A stretch of DNA of 62,927 bases, filler included, from Licmophora abbreviata (Eukaryota), in assembly GCA_900291995.1 (NCBI GenBank). It is 10 parts of 10 records of this genome, joined end to end, with 100 filler letters (N's around TTAATTAATTAA, not from the genome) between each part and the next. Parts side by side here need not be neighbours in the genome. Positions count along the whole stretch, not along the records: positions 15,058 to 38,730 come from OLMU01000435.1; 9 more parts are not named here. The stretch is one strand, 5' to 3'. The notes under the pieces were generated by a model. That model saw only the letters and a list, made by a program, of their open reading frames with translations, was not told the origin of the DNA and searched no databases. The stretch's first letter is position 1. Every line of letters starts with the position of its first letter. The position numbers and the translations under genes were made by a program. Shown one piece after another: positions 25,059 through 37,503 of the stretch.

Positions 25059-28000
25059 CTAGATCTGCTCAATGGGCACCTGTAGAAGGTTATCCCCTAC
25101 GTCGTCGACACCTTCCAGATCCATGTGAACGGCCGACCCCATAGGCTGACCAATATGATGCTGAGCATGAGCGGCGGTATGAAGAGGATGCAGGTTTGGC
25201 GCGTCTTGTTCCTCCCATACAAAACCCAAGCCGTCTATTTCAGCTACTCTTCCATCGTCAAGAGACGATGCTCGTCCTTCTTTCATCAGGCGGTACTGAC
25301 CGCGCAAGTCGGCTGCCCATTGAGCCAAGGCGCGATTCGGAGGATAGTCTCTTGGCACAGCAGCGTGGCCGTGCGTGGCTCGGAAATCTTCCAAGTCGCC
25401 GACGCGTTTCTTCCAGCCCAGGTCGGATGCGCCACGTAACGTCCAAACGAAGCCAAGATCCTCCAGTTGGCGAATGCGGTCTGCAGTCATAGCAGATGAC
25501 ACGGTTGATTCCCCGTCGCCAATTTCCTTAGCCCTCATCAAGAGTCGGTACTGGGTGCGTTGCTGGAGGGCAATCACGAATAGCGCGCAGTGTTAGAAAC
25601 AGTCGCAGAGCTCGTGTGCAAACTCATCTTCCTCGTCTGTCACTCACAGTGCCGACCCACACCCCAAGGGCCTCATTGGGAGGGAATCGGGAAGGCACAA
25701 GCGTATTCTGTAAGAAACAATACTGGTGAGAAAACAAGAGAAAACCCAAAACTAGGAGCACTTCGTGGCGAGTGGCGTCGACAACTTACGCCGTGTTGAC
25801 TCTTGTAGTCCTTGAGCTCTTGGAGACGCTGGTTCCAGGATTCTCCCAGACTGTCTCGAGAGCGGATCGTCCATGTGAAGCCAAGCTCGTTGAGCAGAGC
25901 GATTCGTTCCGCAGTCAGGGGAGCCGCACGTCGCCTTTTCATTTCGTCCTCACTATTCAAGAGTTTATACTGCTGGCGTTGAGCGGAGGTCCAGATGCCC
26001 AATTTTCGGTTGGCTGCATATCTGGCAGGCACGTTGCTATACGGTAAGGAGGTGACAGAAGCAGGGATGGAAGCGTCAGTGAAATGAATGTGATAAGGCG
26101 CGCCTTAACCTTGATCAATGAAAGCGACTTACCAGTGACCATGAGCCTGCTTGAATGCAACAAGCTCGTTGTAATGCTTGATCCAGTCGTCGCGCAGCGA
26201 CCAGACAAACCCTAGGCTTTGCAGTTTCGCAATTCTGTCGTGCGTAAGACGGCCGGCAGACTTGCCTCCTTCCAAAGCAGCAGCTGCCGTGTCGAAAGAG
26301 GCGAGTTCACTAGGCGCGGCATCGTGTGCTGAATCTTTCGAAGTGATCGACGTCTGCTCACCAAGCTGCTTTCGCATCTTCTTCATGGATACGCGCTGCG
26401 TGTCGACCCACGTGCCCAACTTCGGATCCTCAGGGCATCTGTTGCAAAAGATCGAAGATCGGATGGGGCGTTAGAAAGAAGAGCTTTCTGTCAACGTGTG
26501 CAGCAGGCATTCCACACTGATTCTTACCGTTTTGGCACCAGACAGTGTCCGTGTTTCTCCTTGAACTCCTTGAGGCGTTCAAACATAGTGTCCCACTGTT
26601 CGTCGTAAGAGCTCTTGCCTTTTGGCTCCGGTTTCTTCTCGTTCTCCCGTGCACACCATACAAAGCCGATTTCGTCAAGTCGCCGAAAGCGATCGTCGGT
26701 GAGACGAGCAGCGGGTTCATCGTCAATGATGTCCTCCGGTGCATCCTTCTTCGGGCCTGCATGGGTCTTGCGGTACATGATGCGCTGCGTGTGGACCCAG
26801 GTCCCAAGCTTCTGATCTTCGGGGTATCTAAGGGGGTGTGAGTCGACTGAATGGAACGTATCGCAAATATCTGCACGAACAAAGATTTTACCTCTTCGGA
26901 ACTAGACAGTGACCATTGTCACTCTTGAACTGGAGCAGCTTGTCAAACATGGCATCCCACTGTCGATCATAGTATCGTCGCATCTTGTTCTTGACCTTCC
27001 ATTCGAAACCAATGGCCTCAAGGCGGTTGCGGCGCTCTTCTGTGAGACGAGGATTGACGCGATTCTTTCCACCCTCTTTGGGCGCCACTGGATTCGTCGT
27101 TCCCTCCGCTGCCCGCTGTAGCTTGGTCATTTCGTAGCGCTGTGTTTCGATCCATTTTCCCAATTTGGGGTTCTCCTGTTTCGACAAACACAGCAAAAAA
27201 AGATTAATTTACGACTCGATGCCGCATTTCATAAGCCTGTTGTATGGTCATCGCATTCAATCGTACCTCATATCGGGACGGGACGAGACAGTCCTGCGCA
27301 TCAATGGAGATTGAAAGTCACGACAGAAGTGAGTACCTGAACGCGAGCTCAAAGAACGATATCTGGGAAATGATTCACACGCACCCCGTGCTTCTCTTTA
27401 TAATCCACAAGGAGCTTGAACATCTCATCCCAGTGATCATCGACGCGCTTGCTTCGAAGAGACCAAACAAAACCTAGCTCGTCCAATCGTTTCTTCCGTT
27501 CGTCGTTGAGTCGCTTTGCCGGAGCGACGGGCTCGGAAGCCTCCTCGGGTATGCCTGCTGCAGCAGTGACTGCAGGGGCCACCTCATCCACCACTTCCAT
27601 GGCAGCTTCTGCCATGGTAGCGGCAATCTCGGCTGCGTCTTCGGCGGTGGCCGTGTCCGCCTTGTCAATTTCGACCGCCCATTCTTCGGGGGTCTTGCCT
27701 TGACCCACATCGGCAGGCTCCGGCAGAGCGTCGCCCTTCGACGCTGTCTTGGGCTTTCCAGTGCGATAGCCACGATTGTACAGAACGCGCTGCGCCTCCA
27801 CCCAGTTGGCCAGTTTCGGGTCCTCTTCAAACTTCTTGGGTACAAGACAGTCCTAAGAAAGATTATGAATGAATCAATGAAAAAAATGGTCAGTCCCACT
27901 TTCGTGTGATCAGCCATCTCCATGCGATACTGCCACTCAACGAAGTCGGTATCAGGTACTGCAATCTACTTACTCCGTACTTCTCCTTGTATGCGGCAAG

Positions 28001-28754
28001 GCGGTTGTACATCTCTTGCCAGTTGGCGTCGTTCTGGCGCTGCCTGGCGACCGCCCGCGCCGCTAGCTCTTCGGCAGTCGGGATCTTCTTGGCTCGAGGC
28101 TGAGGTTCCGGAGGAGGTTCGTCTGCAGGACATGTTGCAGGGAACTGATTCTTCTTGGCGGTCCGGGCAGACCACACAAAGCCAATGGATTCGAGACGGT
28201 CGAGTCGTTCGGGGTTGAGACGCTTGTTGGGGATGATCGTATCGCCAGCCTCATTGGGGACTCGGACTAGCTTGCGATAGACCTGACGCTGTGTTTCCAC
28301 CCACGTTCCAAGGGCCTTGTCGTGTTCGTAGCGTTTGGGGACCAGAATGTGCTGGAGAGAGGAGGAAAAGAACATGAGAAAAGGAGAGAGCTTGGTATCG
28401 GGTGCACACAAAAGAAGCATAAAGCGCGAAAGAAATGCTGGCACGAGGAAGCTCGCTTACCCCGTATCGACTCTTGAAGGCAACGAGGCGGTCAAACATC
28501 ATATCCCACTGCTCATTGTTCAGTTTCTTCGGCGGAGGCGGAGCTTTCTTGCGTTTCTTCTTGGCAGGATCATTGTCAGCGATGTCAGCAGTATACTCGA
28601 CGTCGTCGTCCGCAGCAGGCAAGTCAGCGAGGCTTCGCTTGTTCCGTCCTCCTCCCACGATTGCCTCATGGTGTACGTGCGCTTCCCCGGCTTCTGCCGT
28701 CTCGGAGAGCATGGGCTCGTCGTCGTCGTCGTGAGAGTTTCGATGCGCCATCAT
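25059..28754 (-). CDS. Protein with 8 tandem helicase-associated (HA) domains and no helicase core; 10 exons
   Basis: Eight copies of W..M...L..[FY]K..[HY]G...VP.......LG.WV..QR...L...R...L..[IL]GF.W. Introns 28352-28460, 27853-27973, 27294-27384, 27176-27266, 26828-26891, 26439-26527, 26037-26132, 25708-25789, 25563-25647. Confidence 0.88.
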
Positions 28755-29234
28755 GGACTTGAGAAACAAATATTGGACCACCGCTTGCGTTGCTGGTTTG
28801 TCTTTGTCTTGGTCGCCGGCGAGAGGCAAGAGAGGAAAGTGAAACTGCATCGTGAGTTCTGTTGAAAAAGGAAGTCACACTACGTAGAATATACGCATGT
28901 TTTGTACTGTCAAGAAAAGGAATTCTCGATGACACGCCACTTCGCCACTATACAGCCACAGAAGTTCTCTGACACCACATTCAACATCTAGGATTCTCAG
29001 AGCAGACGGACAGGCAGGAGGGATCGGAGTATCTCACGATCTACGTATATTCTATACTGATTCATTCGTATGTAGAACAACACTATGAAACCAAAATCCT
29101 AACCCGGATCCCTAAACTTGCTTCCGACGATCCGACGAGAACAGACATCGAACAAAGTTTCTTTTCGAACTTCCGAAAGCCATTCAATCTGCGAGCCGCG
29201 ATGACATATCGGGCACTACTCGACGACGAAGACC

Positions 29235-31586
29235 ATGGCACCAACAAGAACGAAGAACGATGTACCCTCCCACGGCCTCAGATGGAATCGAGGATATCCT
29301 GGATGCAGTAGCTCACAACAAAAAGCCAGGATTTCGCTCTTGACATGGCTGATTTGCCTTTGCTACTTTGGAAACGATATATCATCGGCGCATGGCTCGT
29401 TTCTGAATTCATTGCCAGCACTGCAGCAGCGAAGCGTTCATCCAAAGTCACCGAAATTCCCATGGAAGACCAAGAGTAAGACAAGAGTATCATTAAAAGC
29501 GATAGATTCTACGAAAAAGTCAGGATCTACTCGACGAAACAGAACAAGAAAGGGTCGTCGCTCCACTGATCAAACGAATGGTACAAACGCACCTCATCGC
29601 CAGACATGGCGTATATTTGGAGTTAATGTGCACCCCGATAGTCTTGTGAATGAACTTCCTTTGAGATCAGATGGGACGGTCGACAAACTTTATTTGAGTA
29701 AGCCAGTATTGAACGCTCTCCGAGCTAGACTTCGAATCGCGGATGACAAGGAAGGCGCTGATGACTTGCCATCATCACAGCTCATGGATGTTCGCGTGGT
29801 GCGTCGGTCTCTGGATGCGAGAAAGAAGTCGCGTGGTGATGGTGACGGACCGCGATATTCCTATGTGCTCGATGTAGACATGTCAGGGACAACGGCGAGG
29901 GAGCTCAAGTTACGAAATAAGCCTGGACGAATAGAGCGATGTTCATCATCCGATGCAACATCCATCGAGTCGCAGCCACAAGCGGCGACTGCAGAGAATG
30001 GTGTCAAGGAGAAAAATACACTAGACAACAACAAGCCGCGTATAATCATTGTGGGTGCGGGACCCGCTGGCTTGTTTTGTGCGTTGACACTGGCACGATC
30101 TGGAGTAGCAACGCCAATCCTGTTGGAACGAGGGCAGCCCGTCGAGTCCAGGGGCAAAGATATTGGGGCTTTGATGCATCGGCGGTCTCTCGATTCCGAA
30201 AGCAATTTTGCTTTTGGAGAAGGTGGTGCCGGGACTTGGAGCGACGGAAAACTCACTACGCGAATAGGTCGAAACTCTCAGGATGTACGATTTGTACTTG
30301 AGACCTTCGTGAAGTACGGGGCGCCCCGGACAATCCTGATTGACGGCGCACCTCATCTCGGAACAGACAATCTTGTTCGACTGTTGCGAAACATGAGACA
30401 GGATCTGCGTAACTTGGGTGGGGAAATACGATTCGGAGCAAAAGTGACTGGTCTCGTCGTTGAAGACAGTGCTGTAAAAGGCGTAGACGCGGAGTTTGGC
30501 AAGGCAGTAGAACGGGGACCTGGTGGCGTACCGATTGTGAGTGAGCCTGTCGAAGGGGAGACACTCTTCGGTGATGCCATTGTTCTTGCGACAGGTCACT
30601 CAGCTAGAGACATGTACGAGGAGCTACATGCAGCTGGCGTACAATTGGAAGCTAAAGGGTTTGCGACGGGCTTTCGAGTTGAGCACCCACAGAAGATCAT
30701 CAATGCGATTCAGTACGGAAGCGATTGGGCACCCAGTGTTGTAACAGGGAAACGTGGCACGGATAGAGCCAACGAGGAGCATGCTACCCCAGGACGTATC
30801 GACGTCGATTCAATGCATCATCCTGGGAAGCTTCCTGTTCCTTCGTACAGGCTAGCAACAGACAAGGCGTTTGATGGAACAAAGACTCGTGGTGCCTACA
30901 GCTTTTGCATGTGTCCAGGAGGGCAGATTGTCCCCGCATCAACAGATCCCAACGAAGTATGCGTGAATGGCATGAGCTTCAGCAAGCGAGATTCATTGTG
31001 GGCAAACTCGGCCATGGTTGTCACAATCGCACCAGATGACGAAATTCTTGACCCATACCGCGAAGACTATGGAGTCATGGCAGGCGTTGCGTTTCAAAGA
31101 GACATGGAACAGCGTGCCTCAAAATTAGGTGGAGGAAATCTGACTGTTCCGGTGCAACGACTCACCGACTTCATGGCGGGAAAGGCGTCAACGTCAGCCC
31201 CTTCTTCTTCGTATCGCCTTGGAGTGAGGCCCTCCGCCTGCCACGAAATTTATCCGGAGCAAGTGACCCAAGCCCTCCGCGATGCCATATCGAATCACTT
31301 TGAGAAGAGAATGCCAGGATTCTTGTGTGATGACGCCTTATTACATGCCGTCGAAACTAGAACGTCAAGTCCTGTGAGAGTGGCCAGAGATGCAGACACG
31401 CTGCAAGCCATTGGAACCGACGGTTTATTCCCAGCGGGGGAAGGGGCAGGCTATGCAGGTGGAATTGTCTCTGCTGCTGTCGATGGAATGGTGGTGGCTG
31501 AAGCTATCATGACCAAATTGTGCCCTCACAATGGCGCGGTCAGCGAGCGGAAAGGTCGTACCAAGTCGATTGGGTTTAGCTATTAG
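29235..31586 (+). CDS. FAD-dependent oxidoreductase (COG2509-type, plant PDE327/At4g30720-like), probably organelle-targeted
   Basis: IIVGAGPAG, ESNFAFGEGGAGTWSDGKL, PHLGTD, LATGHSARD, YSFCMCPGG, ETRTSSPVR, GEGAGYAGGIVSAAVDG; intronless. Confidence 0.88.
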   Translation: MAPTRTKNDVPSHGLRWNRGYPGCSSSQQKARISLLTWLICLCYFGNDISSAHGSFLNSLPALQQRSVHPKSPKFPWKTKSKTRVSLKAIDSTKKSGSTRRNRTRKGRRSTDQTNGTNAPHRQTWRIFGVNVHPDSLVNELPLRSDGTVDKLYLSKPVLNALRARLRIADDKEGADDLPSSQLMDVRVVRRSLDARKKSRGDGDGPRYSYVLDVDMSGTTARELKLRNKPGRIERCSSSDATSIESQPQAATAENGVKEKNTLDNNKPRIIIVGAGPAGLFCALTLARSGVATPILLERGQPVESRGKDIGALMHRRSLDSESNFAFGEGGAGTWSDGKLTTRIGRNSQDVRFVLETFVKYGAPRTILIDGAPHLGTDNLVRLLRNMRQDLRNLGGEIRFGAKVTGLVVEDSAVKGVDAEFGKAVERGPGGVPIVSEPVEGETLFGDAIVLATGHSARDMYEELHAAGVQLEAKGFATGFRVEHPQKIINAIQYGSDWAPSVVTGKRGTDRANEEHATPGRIDVDSMHHPGKLPVPSYRLATDKAFDGTKTRGAYSFCMCPGGQIVPASTDPNEVCVNGMSFSKRDSLWANSAMVVTIAPDDEILDPYREDYGVMAGVAFQRDMEQRASKLGGGNLTVPVQRLTDFMAGKASTSAPSSSYRLGVRPSACHEIYPEQVTQALRDAISNHFEKRMPGFLCDDALLHAVETRTSSPVRVARDADTLQAIGTDGLFPAGEGAGYAGGIVSAAVDGMVVAEAIMTKLCPHNGAVSERKGRTKSIGFSY

Positions 31587-31957
31587 CAGCAGTGGACTAC
31601 TACCATCTAAAATCTAGCGATCTTTCGGTCAAATTACCATTGCATATTCATTTTATGTCCTCTCACTTTCATCGACGATGTTAGATCCGGAGCTATGCTA
31701 TCTGCTCTAGTCTAGAACACCGACGGCCGATTTCTAGAGCGAAGCCAAGTTTGAAATCACATCATGTGTGGCCCTACCTCCGCGTGGCATTATAGGTTGC
31801 TCATAACCTTGGGGAAGTTGAAGTTTCGTTTCTTCTCCCTCCACGATCTTCGCGTCGCGCAACCGACAACATCACATCTCTTCTTGTCGACTCTGTGTCT
31901 CGTTGTAGAGCATCTAGACCTTGTTGGTGGTGCAATCGCTTCCATAGCAGTGTGAAG

Positions 31958-32855
31958 ATGCGTCTTTCGTTTTCTGTATCTCTTTTTGTCCGCGTTATCC
32001 GGCAGTGCCGGTGCTTTCTCGGTCCATCGACCAGCTCTGACGCACTTGGACCGCGTTGGCCCCCTCGCGTCGGCAACGGAAGCTGCGGCTAGTACTGGAT
32101 CCATGGCAGACAGCGGCGTGCCTCCTCAACAAAGTGATGTACCCGATGCACATGTGGCAGAAGCGGAAATCCCCACTAATTTGCCGAGTGACGCTGGGAT
32201 GGACTACATCCCACTGGCAACAATGTTAGCCACCGGGGAACTTGCCGAAGCCGACCAGGTGAGTGCTAGTCTGCATTCAGCAACAGAACGAGATATCTGT
32301 TGACGGTTCTATTCTCACACTGGCCTGTTCATATCCTCTTGCAGTTCACACGTGATGCTTTGATTGAACTCGCTGGTTCAAAAGAAAAGGGTCGAAACTT
32401 TGTATATTTCACAGAAGTGAAGAACATCCCCGCCAAGGATATGGCCACCATCGAACGACTCTGGAACAAGTTCTCTGGGGGGAAATTTGGTTACTCTGTT
32501 CAGAAGGTATGTGTAATCGCCTTGGTGCTGTACCGTTATCCTTTTGAACCCTTCGTCTTGGTCGCTTATCCTGACATTCCAATCTGAACCTCTTTTTGAC
32601 TGATAGAAAAAGTGGAAGCAAAGCAAGGGCGACTTTGAAGCATTCTGTAGAAAGATTGGCTGGACAACAAAAGACGGAGAAGTGGAGCGTAAAAAGAAGT
32701 GGTTCGGAGCTTCCGAGTTCATTTACGACGTCAAGAAGGCGCCAGAGGGACATTTGCCGCTGACAAGTGCACTGCGAGGAACGTCTCTGATCAAGGAGCT
32801 ACTGAACCATCCAGTGTTTGAGGATGACGAGTGGGAGAAGGAGCCTGAGTCGTAG
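31958..32855 (+). CDS. GUN4: GUN4-domain protein (porphyrin-binding Mg-chelatase activator family), plastid-targeted; introns 32259-32344, 32507-32606; apparent frameshift at about 31985
   Basis: SAGAF presequence; GMDYIPL..ML..G...EADQ|FT, DMATIERLWNKFSGGKFGYSVQK, KIGW, APEGHLP. Confidence 0.85.
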
Positions 32856-32993
32856 TGGGTGACGCTGATGAGTTTGTGAGACGCTCTTTCGTTGTTAGTC
32901 GAGGATCCCCTTCGATGGTCGCCTAAGCTACTAACCGTCGCAAAGGCTATGGTGGCAGTCGTAATACGCACTCGACTTTTCAAGCTTAATTTA

Positions 32994-35243
32994 TTACTCT
33001 AGCGAGCTCATCGCCTTGTCGAACTGCGTTGAGAGTGAATTTGCCGATCGGAACCAGAAGAATACTATTGCCGATAGAATGACCGCCAAGTACGGCGTGG
33101 ATGCTGCGAGACTTCCCACGGCAAAGATTAGGATCTGCTGAATCATCGCACCTCCGCTTTTGCCAAGAGGGTTGCCGACCACATCGATCGCCGCCTTTCC
33201 TTTCGTTTTCGACTCCTTGTCCAATGGAATATACGCCATCTCCTTGCACGGGTCGAACAACGAATACTTCGAGCTCTTGCTCAGAATATTCTGCGCAGCA
33301 CCGACCAGGACAGCCAGCATTAGCGGTGTAGTTCCGATTGCCGCTGCCACCGGACCAAACGTCGGTGCAAACATATTCAAAGCGAAAAACATCAACCCAG
33401 TCACACCAATCATCTATAAGCAACGTGGAGTTCGCACAAATTAGTTCACTGCTGGAACGGCGCTGGTGCTATTACATGATGCAGTGTCGAACTTACCGAC
33501 GGAGTAATCAATGCGGCAGTTCGATAGCCGAATCGCTGGAAGATTGATCTTCCAATCAGCATCATAACAAGTGTGACTGACCCCATTGTCGAGGAAAAGT
33601 TGCCCATGAATGCGGAGTAATCGTTCGGGTTCGGGAATGCTTGCTGTGCCGTGGTTTGAGTGAGCGTGAGAACGTTAGAGACACATCCAGGCCAAAGAAA
33701 CAGATAATTCACCGCCTCTTACCTTGAGCTTCGATTTCCAGCTCACTTCTACGATGTTGATGCACATTCCATAGCTTACAACCAGCGTCGCCAGATTCCG
33801 AATGTACGGCGAACTCATCAGGAATTTGGCAGACTCACCGAGACCCATCTTTGGCTTCTTCTTCACTGGTGCCGACTTCACTGGGACAGGCTTCTCGGCG
33901 GCTGCCTCCGCGGCCAGTTTTGGCCCTACTACGGCCTTTTGCATGTACGCATAGGTAGCTAGCAAGACACAGCCTGATCCGATCACAGCACCCATCAAGT
34001 ACCGCAGTGACACGGCCCAAGCATCAACGCCTGGTGCCAAATTCCTTCGCAGATTTGATACCCACTTGACATACTGTCCTGAAAAGATGAGCGCTACATT
34101 GGCACCCATTCCAAAGAGTGGATCTGTGCGTGGTAGAGGAAAACAAACAATAGTTGCACATGAGCTCCAAGGTGGTACATTCGCACTGCACAGCATTGAC
34201 GACATCAACGTACAGTACTTTTTCGCCTCGTCCACCGTCGTGACTTCATTCGCAAATCCCCAGAACAGAAGCGAAGTTACGACGCTACCCCACATTTCTG
34301 CCAGTACATAGAACAAGGCAAAGCTCCAATTTCGCACGATCGCCAGTGGTGCACTGAACCCAGCTGGCAAGTGCCCGGCGAGCATGTCGCAAAAGGCATG
34401 AGGATGCAACGCGGAAATGTTCGGATAGATGAGAAGCGCAAATGTCGAGAAGAATACCAGAAATGGAATGACGCAGGCATAAAAGACATTTTTCTGTTCC
34501 ATGCGATCGCACAGAAAGGCATAGAATGCAGTGAAGCCCTGTCAAGTAGGAGTACAGGCACAGGATGAGTGACGACGTCGCTCCTAGTCAGCTCCCGACA
34601 TGCATACATAAACACTTACAATGGCCGTCGGAAGATTACAGTACGTCTTGATGAACGGTATCACTTCGGCCCCACTCTTGGGCGCCGTCACCATCAGTAC
34701 GTCTTTTGTATCTCTCAAGATGGTATAGTTGAAAAGAATGCAGAAAAACATGAGCGATAGGGGCAATAGCTTCTTCCGTTCATTCGCAGGTGGAATAGCC
34801 GATGTGAACTAAACAACGTTTGAACAGAGGGACAAACGCATTCAAATCAATGAGTAACAAAGAGTCAAAGAATATTCACGAGCTCATCTTATTATGCACA
34901 CACACGACGTCGCGGACATGACATGGGGAATTTGAACGACACACACCTTGGCTAAGAACCCTTTTCGTTCGTCCGGGGAGGGCGACGCGGCCGCATCCGA
35001 CGATGACATGCCTAGTCGCGCCTTTCCTCTTCCCAATGTCCGTCGGGACCTTGGATTCGCCTTTGCGGTCGTTTGACTTTGTTTCAGTCGAAATGCATTC
35101 GACGGAGACAAGGTCATGTGCAGACCCAGTGGAACTCGAAGCAACGGCGACACCACGCCGAGGCCGTGTGTAGACGAGGCACCGAGCAGGAGGACGACGC
35201 CCGTCAAGGAATTCATCACGCGAAGGATCGCATGGACCATCAT
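32994..35243 (-). CDS. NTT: Nucleotide transporter (NTT/TLC ATP/ADP translocase family), probably plastid envelope; multi-exon
   Basis: MFFCILFNYTILRDTKD, GAEVIPFIK, AEMWGSVV..LLFWGFANE, NIVEVSWK, QNILSKSSKYSLFDPCKEMAYIPLD, GKSGGA; N-terminal signal-like extension. Confidence 0.93.
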
Positions 35244-35641
35244 GATGATGAGAGCGAATGGGATACAGGAAAAACTAAAAGATTGTCAAGTGAAAGAGAA
35301 AACAGAACATCGCGTCGATGATGCCTCTTTTCTGTGTGTCTTTCGTCTTGCACAGCCGTGTCGCCATCGGATGTGTGACAGGTGGAAGACATTTACGGGT
35401 GATGGGGCGAAAAGATAGCACATCCGTACAATGTATACTTAGTCGGACGTATGTATACCCTACACGATCCGGAGTAGAATCTTTCTTAATATCCGGGTTA
35501 CGATTATTGCTATTCGCTCTCCCGAACACTCCAAGCGATTGGCTGTGTGTGTGTGAAAAGCGCCGTCAAAATGACCGCGCAAAGTGACCACACGCCGTCG
35601 TCATTTGCCTGGCAACCATTAGGAGACCGAAAGGAGCCACC

Positions 35642-37374
35642 ATGCCAAAGCCATTCAAGATTCGCACATCCAAGTATCGTCATGTCTTCTGTGATGAGCC
35701 CAAACCAGAGGTGAGGACAATGAAAAAGAAGGAAGAGAAGCAAGGAAAAAAGTCCGTCTACGTACTACGTCACCGCGTGTCTCGAGTTGGTGTGTGTGTG
35801 CCAAAGAGGTGATATTTATGCATTGCTTAGAGGGTCGTTTTCGATGAAACACAGCCTGAGAATCCAATCCGACGGGAAGACCAGGAACATCGACCTTCCC
35901 GAATCAATGCCGCGGGACCGATCTTGCCATAGGAGGCGGGAAGTGGTCGTCATTGGATACCTTTCGCTCCTCAGCTGTCTAACAAGCTATACTCGATAGT
36001 GCCAATTTGGACATGCGGTAAATTTTTCCGCAACCACCCTCCTGTCGCTCATCGTTGTCATTTTCATCCCATATCTCACCCTGACTAATTTAGCAATGCT
36101 GGACGGACCTGAGGCTGAATACGGTGACTGGGGATCAACAGTACATCAAGGCGTCTGCAAAGTATTTCGTCGTTGCGCTCGCAGGAGGTGGCGGCCCTAT
36201 GGCGGTTGGCCGACTGGACCGTCCCGGCCGATTCGTAAATGCTCCTATTCTCGAGGGGCATACGGGGTCGGTCCTTGACTTTGATTTCAATCCCTTTGAC
36301 GACTCCATGTTTGCTTCGGCCAGTGAAGATTGTTCCATTAAACTCTGGGGCATCCCCGATGACTGGGAACCCATTGATGCCAAGGGTCTCTCCAAGTCTG
36401 GAGCCAATTTGACAGAGAGTCTGGTGGATCTCACAGGTCATCAGAAGAAGGTGACGCTCGTCAGGTACCACCCGACCGCCAGCAATGTCCTACTCAGTGC
36501 CAGTGCGGACTGCACCGTCAAGGTCTGGGATATTGAGAAAGGAGAAGCAGTCACGACCTTCGCGGAGATGCCGGATATCACTCAAGATTTCGTCTGGGAC
36601 ACTCGAGGAGACATGTACGCCACGAGCTGCAAGGATAAGACGATTCGTTTCATCGACGGTCGAACTGCCTCACTTGCCCAGTCCATCGTAGCCGCACATG
36701 AAGGTACAAAAAGCGTCAAGCTTGCGTACATGGGAGATACTGGAAAGTTCTTGACGGCCGGAGCCTCAAAGCAGTCGTCGCGGGAGCTCAAGATTTGGGA
36801 CATCAAGAATCTGTCCAAGCCCCTCACGTCCGAGACGATTGACACAGCCAGCGGCGCCATACTCCCACTGTACGATGCCGATACGAGCGTCATTTACCTT
36901 TGCGGTAAGGGAGACGGCATGATACGATTGTACGAGTTTGAAGATAAGGAACCGTATCTACACAAGCTCAATGATGGATTCCGCTCGACTATTCCTGCCA
37001 AGGGCGCCTGCATGGTCCCCAAGCGTGGCTTGGACGTGTCGCAGCACGAGACGGCGCGCATTCTCAAGCTTACGAACAATTCTGGAATTTTCCCGCTCTC
37101 CTTCCAAGTACCGCGCAAGTCCGATGCATTTCAGGATGATATCTTTCCCGACTGTGCGGCACCGTCTCCGGCGCACACCGCTGAAAAATGGTTGGACGGA
37201 TCGTCGAAGGCGCCCACGACCATGTCGCTCAATCCTGCTAATCTCGCACAGAACGGTACCAAGAAGAAGACGTTCAAGACAGTGACACAGCTCACGAAAG
37301 AGCTGGATGAAGCAAATTCGCGAGTCAGGTATCTGGAGGGGAAACTGAATGAGAACAGCATCGCTTTTGATTGA
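35642..37374 (+). CDS. Coronin (actin-binding WD40 protein); intron 35711-36093
   Basis: IRTSKYRHVF, GHTGSVLDFDFNPF, LCGKGDG.IR.YE, PKRGLDV, FQVPRKSDAFQDDIFPD, C-terminal coiled coil. Confidence 0.93.
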
Positions 37375-37503
37375 TGTGCGGGACAGGGTGACTCTAAAGC
37401 ATCGTGCGCAGCAGCAGTCTAGCAGCAGTAGTGCCATCATGATGCAAGTCTTTTGTTTCGTGTACTTCTAGTCATACAGCTTTTGTGTTACAATCGTACC
37501 TCA

